Origin: the human T2T-CHM13v2.0 reference genome, Homo sapiens
Strand: one strand, 5' to 3'
DNA length: 64,000 nucleotides
Assembly: GCF_009914755.1 (NCBI RefSeq)
Contig: NC_060931.1
Part shown: in pieces, positions 13,625 to 26,504 of the stretch
How positions within the stretch are numbered: the stretch's first letter is position 1
Layout: the number at the start of each line of letters is the position of its first letter
Translations under genes and position numbers: made by a program
The notes under the pieces: model-generated
What the model was told of the DNA's origin: nothing
Seen by the model: the letters and a program-made list of their open reading frames with translations, nothing else
The model's database searches: none

Positions 13625-13832
13625 AATATTAATTCTAAAACTAGCTTTGCCGCTTGCTTGTGGTGTGAAGTCCAAAAATATCTTCTTTGAGTCTAAATGT
13701 CTTAATTTGATAAAAACAGATAATATTAAGATCTACCTTAAAGGATTTTTTAAAGATTAAAATATGATATATGTGTAAAGCATTGAACACATTCCCAGAA
13801 CAAAGTTTGTATTTTTATAGATGTTAGCTATA
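13625..13832 (+). mobile_element. MIR SINE
   Basis: ctttgccgcttgcttgtggtgtga...atctaccttaaaggatttt...atgtgtaaagcatt...atgttagcta. Confidence 0.6.
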
Positions 13833-13957
13833 TAATTTGACACATTTCTATATTCACAAATGTATGCATATACATTACATATAATTACATATGCATACTT
13901 ATATGCATATGTTGTCTAAATATATACAAATATGAATGTATATCCAAATTATTTTAG

Positions 13958-14311
<354 letters not shown>

Positions 14312-16286
14312 TAAACATGTACCTAGCATACAGATCTTTCTTCACCTGCACCCAACCGCCCATTCCTACATCTCTTCCATATCCAACACATGTAGTCATT
14401 TACCTAATATTATGCATACAATGAGAGCTTTGTTTGAAAATATGCTGAAAGTGTGTAATGTTGACTTCTGCTTCTCTGTCGTTAAGTGAAACCAAAGATA
14501 GTAGAAAAGCATCTATTTCACAGTTGGTATATGTAAGGTCCAGGGTGCTACTTTTGTTTACATTTGGCTAAACAATATGGCTTCCCCTTAAAAATTAGCT
14601 TATAACATAAACTTTTTACAATATCAACAGAAAAGAAAATAAGAAATTTAGGATAATTCTAAAGAATAAGCATCGATAACAGGATAAACATTGAACATCC
14701 ATAGAAATGTAGAAACTACATATCCCCAATACTGTAATGTTGACAGAAACAGATGCGTAATTTCTTGCCAACTTCCCCAAAACTGTAACAAAGAATCTTT
14801 GTTTTATCTTACTTTCATCAGAGAGATCCAAGTATAACATACTGGCCTGTAATAATGCATGCATATTATTTGAAGATAACTTGGTATTCATTTGCTACTT
14901 TATAAAATGTAACCATAAACTTAATTGCAGTGTTCCCCAAATCTAGTGCTATGGAGTATATGGTCAACATTTATTTTAAATATTACCTAATACCACAATT
15001 ACTGAAACATATTTCTTTGTACTACTCCTAATAATTTTATCTTTTTTTTCTGGTAAAACTATTGTCAAGGATTTATCTTTCTGTAAATATCCAGAATTAT
15101 ATATCCTCACACTTATACCAGAAACACAAAATCCCTGTCCTCTATTTTCTTAATGGACTCTTCTCAGTAGACTCTTTATTAACATATTAACCTAGACATT
15201 AATAAATATTCACAAGGGGATCTAATAAATTGGAATGTGAAAGAACTAAAGTTTCCACTCAAAAGCATTTTGAGTAGAGTTCATACACAAAGTATTATTC
15301 TAAGTTAGATTTTATAAAATAAAATAGGATATTTTAAGTTTAGCTAACATATTAATTAAAAGATTTAACAAGAAAATCTACCTCATGTTAGTATTAACAA
15401 TCCTGTGGTTTACTTTCAAAATTGACCATTGTTCTGAGTTTAACCTCAGGGATATTGTGATAACAATGTAAAAATAAAAATGATGTAAAAAATTCCACCC
15501 CTTGAAGCTGAGCCAATGTAATTTATGATTAGGATGTTTTCTGTTCTTTCGTTGCTTATGCTTCCTAGAAATTGTTTGAGGTGTTTCTAAAACTTCTTCA
15601 TGTTTAGACTCTATTTTTAAGGAATAAACTCAGCTTCTCTTTCTTATTTTATATCCTGAATCAAAAACATAACTAAACTAATGCCAAAATTAATTATAAA
15701 AAGATAAGTGTTTTCGCTTATTAATGATAAACAATGAGAGGAATCCATTGTGACCCTGAGATATGTTGTGTTACTAAACAGTTAGCTTCTGACATCATTG
15801 CCTGTTCGTTCTGTGATGTGATGGGACATCTGTGGTTCCACAGTATTTTATGTGAAGCATGGCACCCCGAAGGCTCTGTGAAACAGTGATAACCTGGGAA
15901 TATTCTAAATCTGAATCTCTTGAGGCCAGTCTCAGCATTTCTTTGAACATTTCTTTCCTTGGTTTTTAAAATCTAGATCCACAGAATGACCTTTAATTTT
16001 TGATCCCTAGGAGTAGAATTTTATTAGAAGTTATCATGGCTTAAGGAACAGGAGATGGAGCAAAGGAGCTATTTACTATGGTTGTCAGGACGTCTTGGGG
16101 AGATGCTATTACATCTGGTTGTGTTTAATGTTTTTGTTATTGATACAAAAGGGCTGTTGAAAAGCGCATTAAATTAATCTCATGGGAGATACTGCAGACT
16201 ACAAAGGCATATGAAAAACAGTACAAACAGGATAACAGGAAGGAAAGTATATTTTCTTTGGACTATAAGCCCTAGCACAGTTTTTT

Positions 16287-16786
16287 TATTTTTTTACTTT
16301 TAGTTGACATAATCACTACATATTTATGGGACACAAAGTGATATTTCAATACATGTATCCAATGTGTAATGATCAAATCAGGGTAATTAGCATATTAATC
16401 ACCTCAAGCACTTATTAGTTCTTTGTGTTGGGAACAGTCAAAATCCTCTCTTCTACTTTTTTGAAAATATAAATGATTGTTAGCTATATTTACCCAGCAC
16501 TGCTATAGAACACTAGAACTTGTTCCTTCTTTCTAGCTACAATTTCATATCTGTTAACCAACCTCTCCCTATCCTCCTCTCCCCTCCACCCTTTCCAGTT
16601 TCTAGTAACCACAATTCTACTGTTTCTATGAACTGAACATTTTCAGCTCCCACATATGAATGAGAAGATGCAGCATTTATCTTTCTGTGCCTGACTTATT
16701 TAACTTAAAAAAGTTTTCCTGCAGGCTGATGTATGTTGCTACAAATGACAGAATTTCATTCTTTTTTATGCCCGAATAGTATTCCG

Positions 16787-16832
<46 letters not shown>

Positions 16833-17497
16833 CATATTTTCTTGTTCCATTCATCTATTGATGGACATTTAGGCTAATTCCATATTTTGGCTGTTGGGAA
16901 TAGTGCTACAATAAGCATGAGGGTGCACTTATTGCTTTGATATACTAATTTCCTTTTGTTTGCATAAATACACTGTAGTGGGATTGTTGGATCATGTGGT
17001 AGTTCTACTTTTAGTTTTTAGATGAATTTTATTCTGTTTTGCATAATGGATATATTAATTTACATTCCTACCAACATTGGTCTATGCAAAGATTTTGTGG
17101 GTAAGACTTCCAAAGTACGGGCAAAACAAAAATAGATAAATGGGACTATATTAAACTAAAAAGGTTCTGCACAGCAAACAGTGAACAGAATGAAGAGACA
17201 ACCTATGAATGGGAGAAAATATTTGTACACTACACATTTGAAAAGGGACTAATATCCAGAATATACAAGGAGCTCAAACAATTCAACGGCAAAGAAAGCT
17301 AATAATCTGATTAAAAAATGGGCAATGGATCTGAGTAGGCATTTTTTATAACAGACAAATGGGCAACAAGTATATGAAAAATGTTAAACATTCCTAATCA
17401 TCAGAGTAATGCAAATTGAAACCATAATGAGATATGTCCCTCTAGTTAGAATGGCTATTATCAAAAAGACAAAAAATAAATGCTGACCAGGACGAGC
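16287..17497 (-). mobile_element. L1MA-type element with 5' inversion (16287-17076 minus, 17074-17497 plus)
   Basis: L1MA 3'UTR antisense (aatgatcaaatcagggtaattagcat) switches at ccaACAttggtct to sense ORF2 sequence (aaatgggactatattaaactaaaa). Confidence 0.85.
16788..16830. repeat. (TG)n microsatellite inside L1MA
   Basis: About 21 uninterrupted TG units. Confidence 0.97.
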
Positions 17498-17679
17498 AGC
17501 GTAGTATTTTACTGGAAAAAGAAACAAAGACACTCCCTTTCCACCCACCATTAGCCACCCAGCATTAAAAATTATTAATTCAAATGAAGAAATATCATGG
17601 TGGCAACTTACACAAATCTAATTTACTTCTCTAGAAAGAAAAAGTGATTTTAGGCTTAGATAAAAAGTGATGTTAGGCT

Positions 17680-17795
17680 TATATTAAGACTAGAAAGGTG
17701 AGGCAAGTAATTTGTCCAAGTACAGTAGCTGGTATCAGCATCTAAACTTGAACTCAGAACTGTCAGACATCAAATTCATATATGTTCCACTTACC
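17680..17795 (-). mobile_element. MIR fragment
   Basis: aagtaatttgtccaag...ttgaactcagaactgtcagacatcaaa. Confidence 0.5.
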
Positions 17796-18262
17796 TGGAC
17801 TACTTTGCTTCCCAAAATGTAGAACTTAGAGCAAGGAAATCTAGTTAGGTTTTACTCGCAAAAGACACCAAGTATTTTAGAAGTATAACCCACTTCTCTG
17901 TGCTTCAAAACCTTAATCAGAGCTCATCAGGTTTATTATGTATTCCAAATAATTGTAAAAGCTAGAAAAATGTGATATATGAACTTGCCAAACTAATAAA
18001 ACTTTAACTGGCGTAAGACAGACAAGTGAAATATATAGCAAATATTTAAAACAATATTAACATAAGAGTTTTTTTAAAACAAATGATTTACATAATCATC
18101 GGTTTATATTCAAAATCTTAAAAGAATGGAAGTGTCTATTTGTTAAGGTCAAAGTCAGTAAGGAGATTATAGGAAGAAAATAAGGAATATAGGAATAAAT
18201 CTGTCTTCTCTGTATTCATACTAACATTCTATTATAAATTATCCACAAAATTTAAAAGGAAA

Positions 18263-18525
18263 TATAGTATTATAATTAAGAGAATGGATTCTGGAGCCTC
18301 ACTGCCTGTATTTAAATAGCTTACCAACTTTTGCCAAGTTATTTTTATTTCTCTGTTAATTTGTAAAACCTTGTTTTTTCCTCCATCTGTAACACAGGCA
18401 CAATAATTACAAATAATATGTTGTGGTACAAATGGTACAAATGCACATAAATCACCTTAATCCCATATCTAGCAAAAATCAGCTGGGCTATAACACCGAA
18501 TAAATGTTAATTATTATTATTAGCT
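18263..18525 (+). mobile_element. MIR SINE
   Basis: ttaagagaatggattctggagcctcactgcctg...cctccatctgtaa...ataaatgttaattattatt. Confidence 0.6.
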
Positions 18526-19929
18526 ATAAATTTATATTTCAAAATTAGTGGGATCATTACTATATTCCAAATTAGATTTGGTAAATGGCAAATACGTTTT
18601 TCTTGACTAAACTTTACCAAGTGCATTAGTGCTAACCTAGAGTGTCATCTGTATGTTTAAGCGGAATTGGGCTTAGTGCTAAGATAAAAGTGTACCCCAC
18701 AAATCCCCCCACAAATCCTTGATGTTATGTTCAAAGTAAGATAGTAAAATAGAGTGAGCTAACTTCAAAGTAATCCCTAATTGAAAGATAGATATTTATT
18801 CACCAAAAGACGTTGTCTTCTTCTTATTTTTGAGATATTCATCTGGAATTCGCCAGTGGCATTTACAAACATATCCACAATGAGTCAGTGCTTGATAACC
18901 TTCACCAGTTGCCCAAGAATTCAATTTGAGAAAACAGGCATTTGGAGCCAAACCTGATGAATAAGGTGATTGATCAAGACTGGGTTAATTGAAATGATGA
19001 GACTAATTTTTGTGTGTGACTCATAAAAAGTTCGGAGAACAATTCCAGTATTTGGGGTGATGGCAGCAATTCATATGTTCCAAGTTCTTTGCCACAGGTT
19101 TATGTGCTGACTTTCAAAAATGCCCAGGGTGATTTCAGGTTAAAACACACTTTTTTTTTTTTTTTTGCATTGATATCCTTGAGTTATGGGTAGAAAATCA
19201 GTGTCTACTAACTTAAAGCCACGTGTTTATCAACTTTGATCATCAGTTTAAAAAAGATATCAGTAAAGGACAAGAGCTTAATGATGCTCTTCCTGCAAAC
19301 ACAGATGTCTGCTGATGAAGATTCTCAGAGGCCTTTATTTATCCGCATGTTTGGAGCTGTCTCTACAAAGGGACAATATTGAGAGGGAATGGTAAAAAGG
19401 AAAGGCAAGCATCATTCCAGAGAGGCTGCGAAGAATTTTACATGATGAAAAGTAGTTTCAAAGATCAATGGATAGAACAATTGGAAGGGATCTTTGCAGA
19501 TCAAATTGCTGAAAGGCTTTTTAGATTTGGCCTCCCTTAGCTGTGTGATGCTCTCCTTAAGGACACATTGTCTCCTGGCCACCTTCATGCTTGACTTGAA
19601 CTCTTTTGGACTGTAGACAATGAAGGCAGGAATGCTTTTTTGTGCAGTTTTCCCAAATGAGTGGGTTCCAATTTAGTTCTTAAACTTATAACTAGAGTTG
19701 AAAAATAAAATGCAGGTTAAAAATAGCCCAAACTGTTCGTTAACACTCTTGGAAGCAATGTTTTATTTTATCACCTTATTTTTGTTGTACTGTTTTGCCT
19801 TTTGTGAGTTTCTAATTACCCTTCCAGTGACCTTCTTCACTGTTGCTCTGATAATAGTCACTTTTTTCATGGGAATTTGGCAAAGGATGTCAGACCATGC
19901 TATAACCCTGTTCAGTTGCAGATGGATGA

Positions 19930-19962
19930 GGTGACGTCTTTTTGCCACCTGCTGGGGAGCAG
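19930..19962 (-). promoter_or_regulatory. Candidate CTCF site with adjacent CRE-like motif
   Basis: Minus strand CCAGCAGGTGGCA (19943-19955) fits the core CCASYAGRKGGCR; TGACGTC at 19932-19938; motif match only. Confidence 0.35.
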
Positions 19963-20946
19963 TTGAGAGGCTGCCTCCTCATTCACCCTGAGAGTCACTG
20001 TTGTCTGGAGACTCTCAGGCAGCAATTGTAAATGAGACTCTTCTGTGGCCTCCTTCTTTAAAGCCTGAGCAAGTCTTTCTGTGATGCACTATAATTCTTT
20101 TTTCCTGGGCACCAGGATCAAAGTCCTTTTAAACTAGTGTCTCCACAGCCAGAATCAAGCTGGCTTTCTCTCCCGAAAAAAAATGTTTATTTCCATATAA
20201 AAAGATGATCTCAGTTCCCCACAGATGATATAAAACCAATCAATCATTTACATATATATTACATCAACTGGTTTTTGTCTTGACAAGAAACAACAATCTC
20301 AGCTTCAAACAGCTTTCTTAAATACAATCCATGATTGCATATAGATTTCTTCCCGCATATAGAAAACCTAAGAGAAGCAAAGAAAAAACTGAGTCTGTGT
20401 TTATTATTGTTTATTTCATAGGAGAGTTTTCTTTATTCCTCATTTTTCAATAGTGTGCTTTCTACACACTGCACTTAGAGATTTAGTACCCATTTGTGTA
20501 CTTCCCCATTAGGGAAACTACCTAAAAACATGTCTGTGGTAGCAGGAATTTTATGTGAAAAGAAAATGTTACCTAAATAAAAAAGTAACTTTTGAAGAGC
20601 TTTTATTTCTTTAAAAAAAAAACAACAATAAAATTGGGCCACTACCTGGAGGTGTGCCTATCATTTTTATAGCAGCAAAGTCTGAGTTTGTTATTTGAGA
20701 AATATTCATAGTGAGAGCAGCAGCTATTATAATTTATAAATGTTTGTTTTCCCTCTTGGATTAATCCCAGAGTGTCAGGGAGAATGAACTTTAACTAAGC
20801 ATGCACTGGTTTACTAGGAGGGCTGGTGGAATTATAAAGAGAGCAAGGGCTTGAGAAACTATCCCATGGATTTTGAATGCTATTTCTGCCACTTTACATC
20901 GGACAATCTCGGGCAAATTGCATATTCCTTAAATCTCAGTTTTCTT

Positions 20947-21760
20947 GAAAGAAAACCCAACTCTAAAATGAGCAAAAAATTTTCACATTTTCCCAAAAAA
21001 GATAAACAAATGGCCAAAAAGCACATAAAACATGTTCAACTTTGACTGGTCTTTAGGAAAATGGAAATAAAACCAAAATAATATATCATTTTATATCCAT
21101 TATGATGGCTACTATTAAAAAAAGGAAAAATAACAAGTGTTGGTGAGGATGTGAAAAATTAGAATCCTTGTGCCTTGGCGGTGGGAATATGAAATAGTGG
21201 CAGCTACTGTGGAAAACAGTTTGCCTCAAAAACTTAACATAGGGTGACCACATGATTCAACAATTTAACTTCTAGATATACTCAAGATAACAAAGCAGGG
21301 ATTGAAATAGACACTAGTACACAAATATTCATAGCAGCATTATTCACAATAGCCCAAAAGCGAAAATTATACAAATGTCCATCTACAGGTGAATAAATAA
21401 CATGTGATATACAATGGAATATTATTCAGTCATATGAGGAAATTCTGATACATGCTACAACATACATGAAACTTGAAAACATGGTAAGTGCAGTATGTCA
21501 GACAAAAAATGAAAAATATAGTATGATTCCATTTACTTAAGGTACCTCAACTAGGCAAACCAATGTCTGGGGAGACTGGGAAATCAGTAGTTTTTATTTA
21601 AGTGGTTCAGAGTTTCTGTTGGGAATGATGAAAAAGTTCTGGAAACAGATGGCAGTGATGGCTGAACAACATTGGGAATGTACTTAATGTGATTGACTTG
21701 TACACTCAAAATCGTTAAAATGGTGAGTTTTATGTTATATATTTTACCACAATTTAAAAA
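20947..21760 (+). mobile_element. 5'-truncated L1MB-type element inserted in a MIR
   Basis: ORF2 end and L1MB 3'UTR (aaagttctggaaacagatggcagtgatgg...tatattttaccacaatttaaaaaaa); degenerate TSD aaatctcagttttctt / aaaccctcaattttctt; MIR-like flank at ~20870-20946. Confidence 0.85.
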
Positions 21761-21840
21761 AAACCCTCAATTTTCTTCTCAATAAAATTAGAATTTTAAT
21801 TTTATTAAAATAAAAATGATAACTACCTTACATAAAAAGC

Positions 21841-21879
21841 ATATATATGTATATATATATACACACATATATATATATA
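21841..21879. repeat. (TA)n low-complexity repeat
   Basis: Direct inspection. Confidence 0.9.
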
Positions 21880-22010
21880 GCAAGACCTAGACAAAGTGGC
21901 AGACATCTGTGATTTCACTGACTGGCATTACCATACTTTTGGGATCAGTATTCTGATTTCCATTTTGGTAAGCCCACCATCTCATCTGATTTGTTTCACT
22001 ACATACCAGC

Positions 22011-22403
22011 TGATATAATTTGGATGTTTCTTGCCTCCAAATCTCATGCGGAAATGTGATTCCCAATGTGGGAGTTGGGCCTGGTGGGAGGTGTATGGGT
22101 CATGGAGGTGGATCCCTCATGAATAGCTTGGTGCCATTCTCATGGTAATGAATGAGTTCTCACTTTGAGTTCACCTGAGATCTGATTGTTGAAAAAGAGT
22201 GTGGCACCTCCCCTCTCTGTCTCTTACTCTGTCACCATCTGATACATCCAGTCCCCCTTTGTGTTTTGACCCTCACCAGAAGCAGTTGCTGACACCACAC
22301 TTCCTGTATGGCCTGCAGAACTATGAGCCAAAATAAGTCTCTTTTTAAAATAAATTATCCAGCCTCAGGTATTTCTTTACAGCAACACAAATGGACTAAC
22401 ACA
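22011..22403 (+). mobile_element. MSTB-like MaLR 5' LTR
   Basis: tgatataatttggatg...ccaaatctcatg...ggatccctcatgaatagcttgg...aaatggactaacaca. Confidence 0.9.
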
Positions 22404-23223
22404 GAAAATTTGTACTGAGAGTGGATGTTGCTATGAAGGTACCTGAAAATTTAGAAGTGGCTTTGGAACTGGGTAACAAGCAGAAGTTGGAAGAGTTGGG
22501 AGGGCTCAGAAAAATATAGGAAGATAAGGGAAAGTTTGGAACTTCTTGAGACTTGTTAAATGGTTGTAACCAAAATGCTGATAGAAATATGAATAGCGAA
22601 GTCCAGGCTGAGAACATCTCAGATGGAAATGAGGAACTTGTTGAGAACTGGAGCAAAGGTCACCCATGTTACGCCCTAGCAATGAACTTGGCTGCCTTTT
22701 GCCCATACCCTAGGAATCTGTGGAAGGCTGAACTTAAAAGTGATGATGTAGGAGAGGCGTCCCCAACCCATGGGCCATGGATGGGTACCTGTCTGTGGCC
22801 CGTTAGGAATCAGGCTGCAGAGCAGGAGGTGAGCAGCAGGTGAGCAAGCATTACCATCTGAGCTCTGCCTCCTGTCAAATCAGTGTTGGCATTAGATTCT
22901 CACAGTAATGTGAAACCCTGTTGTGAACTCTGTATGCAAGGGATCTAGGTTGTGTACTTCTTATGAGAATCTAATGCCTGATCTGAGGTGGAAGAGTTTC
23001 ATCCAGAAACTATTCCCCCACCACCAGTTTGTGGAAAAATGCCTTCCACAAAACAGGTCCCTGGTGCTAAAAAGGCTGGGAACTGCTCTCCTAGGGTATC
23101 TGGCAGAAGAAATTTCTAAGCAGCAGAGCATTTCAGATGTGGCATGGCTGCTTCTAACAACCTGTGTTTAGATGTGAGAACAAAGAAATAACTTAAAGTT
23201 GGAACTTTTAATTAAAAGGCACT
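22404..23223 (+). mobile_element. MST internal region (5' part only), interrupted by MER1B
   Basis: gtggctttggaactgggtaac, gaagtccaggctgag, gaggaacttgttgagaactggagcaaaggtcac, tatctggcagaagaaatttctaagcagc. Confidence 0.9.
22754..23088 (+). mobile_element. MER1B hAT non-autonomous transposon
   Basis: gtccccaacc...gttaggaa...cagagcaggaggtgagc...ggcattagattctca...ggtccctggtgctaaaaaggctggg; about 335 bp. Confidence 0.9.
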
Positions 23224-23595
23224 AGCTGGGTGTGGTGGCTCATGCCTGTAATCCCAGCACTTTGGGAGGCTGAGGCGGGTGGATCACGAGGTCAGGAGTT
23301 TGAGACCAGACTGGCCAAGATAGTGAAACCCCATCTCTACTAAAAATACAAAAATTAGCCGGGTGCAGTGGCATGCGCCTGTAATCCCAGCTACTCAGGA
23401 GGGTGAGGCAGGAGAATCTTGTGAACCAGGGAGGCAGAGATGGCAGTGAGCCAAGATCACGCCACTGCACTCTAGCCTGGGCAACAGAGCAAGACTCCAT
23501 CTACAATACAATACAATACAATACAGTACAGTACAATACAATACAATACAATACATAAAAAATAAAGTAAAATAAAATAAAATAAAATATAAGAA
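23224..23595 (+). mobile_element. AluS (Sg/Sc-like) with compound pentanucleotide tail
   Basis: Full dimer, ggatcacgaggtcaggag; tail (TACAA/TACAG)n then (TAAAA)n; no convincing TSD. Confidence 0.95.
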
Positions 23596-23713
23596 AATGC
23601 TCCATGCTTTCTTTACTGCCTGCAGAACCATGAGCCAAAACAAACCTCTTTTCTTTATAAATGACTCATTCTCAAGGATTTTTTTTTTATAGCAGTGCAA
23701 ATGGACTAACACA
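23596..23713 (+). mobile_element. 3' remnant of the MSTB 3' LTR
   Basis: gcctgcagaaccatgagccaaaa...aaatggactaacaca matches the end of the 5' LTR; proviral TSD ccagc/acagc (22006-22010 and 23714-23718). Confidence 0.9.
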
Positions 23714-24849
23714 ACAGCTATAGGTTAGCCCCCAGCTGGCTTAGGGTTTAAGGATAGACTTAAACTCTACATTGATGCAATCAAAATGAACCTTGGAAAT
23801 CCTTACTGAAATGCTGGGAAATAATGTCTTCCTCTCTCATGGAGTCACAAGGGCAACTGGTGACCATCTTGGGACTGCAGTGGAAAGTTCCCAAGAATGT
23901 AACAACATCACAAGTAGACAGAAAAGAGAAATAGAAAAAAATCTATCCTCAGTCTTATGGGCTTAGCTACCAGATCAGGCAGGTTTTACTTAAAGGCAGT
24001 CATATCTTGCTCTTTTTCAGTTGAATTAACACATTGCCTTTTCTTCCTTTTTTTTCCCCTTTGCTTATGTTATTTGGGTGTTTATTGGTTATAATGGTTC
24101 TTGATATAGTAGGCATTTAATAGACCTTTATGTAATATTTTCTTATCCCAACACCTGAGAAAGAATTTCATCTCCCCAATTCATCCAACCTAACTCAAAG
24201 TGAATTCTCCTGTGCTTATACATAGGTCTTTTAATAATAATAATAGATTATGTGAAAATGTGATAGGGTACTTCCATAGAAAGTGAGAATGAGAATGCAA
24301 GCAATGTCATATATTTTCATCCTCTAAAATAATATAGGTATCATTTGAATTCCTAAAGAAAAAATGTAATCCAGTCTATCCATATGAGGAACAAGTAGGT
24401 AGTTAGTATCTTGTTTATGGATGACCATCACTGTATTTTAAAGATACTGGGGTCTTCTCAGCCTCCTTGTTACAAATAAAAACACTTCAACCATGTAACA
24501 TCATTAAGATTTACAGGAAAGCCTCATAGTCAGTTCCTATGACTACTCAACAAATCTGGTATTAGCTCCCAAGTGAGATAATCTTAAAATAATGTCATCT
24601 GTATAAGAAAGTTTTGTTTAGAACATGGTGGAAAGCCACAAAGGAAGCACCATCCTCTAAGTAGGCAAATTGGATATTATGTCCACGACTGCAAGCTCTT
24701 TATCAAAGCCTGTTTATACAAGTTATAAACACTTCTACTGAGCATGTTTAGCTGGTTTTTGAACACTCAGAGAAACTTACAAGTGGAGGAAATATTTGCT
24801 ACCCTGTCAGCATGTTATCTGAAGTTCCAGAAAGATTTGGGGAAGATTC

Positions 24850-25160
24850 TTTTTTTCTTTTCTTTCTTTTTTTTTTTTTTGGAGACAGAGCCTTGCTGTC
24901 ACCCAGACTAGAGAGCATTGGCAAAATTTCGGCTCACTGCCACCTCTGCCTCTGGGTTCAAGTGATTCTCCTGCCTCAGCCTCCTGAGTAGTTGGGATTA
25001 CAGGTGCATGCCATCATGCCAGGCCAATTTTTGTATTTTTAGTAGAGATGGGGTTTCGCCATGTTGGCCAGGCTGCTCTCAAACTCCTGACCTCATGTGA
25101 TCCACCTGCTTTGGCCCCACAAAGTGCTTGGATTATAAGTGTGAGCCACTATGCCTGGCC
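24850..25160 (-). mobile_element. AluS (diverged)
   Basis: Full dimer with T-rich tail. Confidence 0.93.
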
Positions 25161-25299
25161 TGGGGGTAGGGAGGATTTTTCAATTTGTGAATAGTGAAAC
25201 CATGTGGGGAAATATTTCAAATATTCGTGAATCCTAATAGAGCCAAGGAACATTACCAGAGTTTTGAAAAGCCTAATAGCTCTCAATGTGAACACTTCT

Positions 25300-25405
25300 G
25301 TATTCAACTATTAAGCATTTACTTGACATCTACTATATACAAGGCATTCTACCAATCACTTTTGGATATATGGTAAAAATACAGAGTCCCTGACTTCAAG
25401 TCATT
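25300..25405 (-). mobile_element. L2 3'-end fragment
   Basis: attcaactattaagcatttacttgacatctactatatacaaggcattct...acagagtccctgacttcaag. Confidence 0.6.
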
Positions 25406-26268
25406 AAGAAAAAGCTACTGTTTTGTTCATCTCCATTTGGAAGGAAAGGGAACAAGTTCAATTAAAATGGCTCTTTTTTAAAAGTTCTGTTACTGAAGAA
25501 TAATTATTAAACTCTAAAGAAAAGTCAACTTTATCGAATGCATAGTTTCTCAACAATATTTGAAGTTTTGCAATATTTAAATAAAATATGCTGTACTTAA
25601 TTTTTTCTGAAGAGGTAAAGTGATTTGGTAGTAAATACGCATGTACATATAAAACTGTATAGTGTTGGGCAAGGACTCTTTAAATATTCTTAGACTTATA
25701 ATCCATGAACCACTTAAAGCATACTCATGGCCTTTGTTTAAAAAAATTGAGATTTTAGAACCACAAACCATAAAGTCAGGCCTGATAATCTGTATTTAAA
25801 ATTACCTTCCTAAAATATTCTTGGGCATATTAAAGCTTCAAAATCCCTGATGTAGGTCATCAAGATGAGCAACATGTCCTCATCAACCTACATGTTAATA
25901 GACAACTTAGAACATATCTACAAAAGGTGTTAATATTTTTCTGCTTTAATCAATTTAAATTAAATTTTGTTTCGGCTTTAATCATTTTAATCAATTAAAG
26001 ATGATTGTCCTGAGTTTTCATGAAGGTTTTAGGGAGGCAATGTATTTGAAATACTACCAGTGTGTCTTTTTAATCTTATAATTAATGTTTTCCCCATGTG
26101 CTGCCTCCTCTTCAAACACCTAGAATACTCTATCCTTTATGAACCCAGGAGACAGATGTGATCACATAAAAAGTGAAAAAAAAGTAACTTCTTTTTAATG
26201 ATTTTTATATTTAAAAGCTAATGTCCTTTAGGGGAATAAAGCCAATCTTGGTTTAGAGTGGAATAAAT

Positions 26269-26438
26269 CAGTGGCTCTCAAATGTAGCATGCTTTAGAAT
26301 CACATGGATAGCTTGTTAAATCATGGATTACACTATCTCTTCCCCCAGTTTTAAAGTTTCTAATTCATAGGTGGGAGTATGGAATTTTTAACAAGTTCTG
26401 GGTGATGCCAATTTTGCTTGCACAGGAACTATATTTTT
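26269..26438. mobile_element. MER5A-like hAT MITE
   Basis: cagtggctctcaaa...agaatcacatggatagcttgttaaa...tttttaacaagttctgggtgatgc. Confidence 0.7.
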
Positions 26439-26504
26439 TTAATTTAATGAATACATATTTGAAAATTTTGTGTTTGAGGAGGGTCAAGGTTCTCTTCCTC
26501 ACCT

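Larger units (their letters stand above)
21895..24085 (+). mobile_element. Old MLT1 (K/L-like) LTR split by the MSTB insertion (pieces ~21895-22010 and ~23714-24085)
   Basis: gtggcagaca start; ccccagctgg, caatcaaaatgaaccttgg, gaccatcttgggac in the second piece; very diverged. Confidence 0.45.

Noticed and set aside
22396-23171. ORFs in the MST internal region
   Set aside because: Short, broken MaLR-internal or MER1B chimeric frames.
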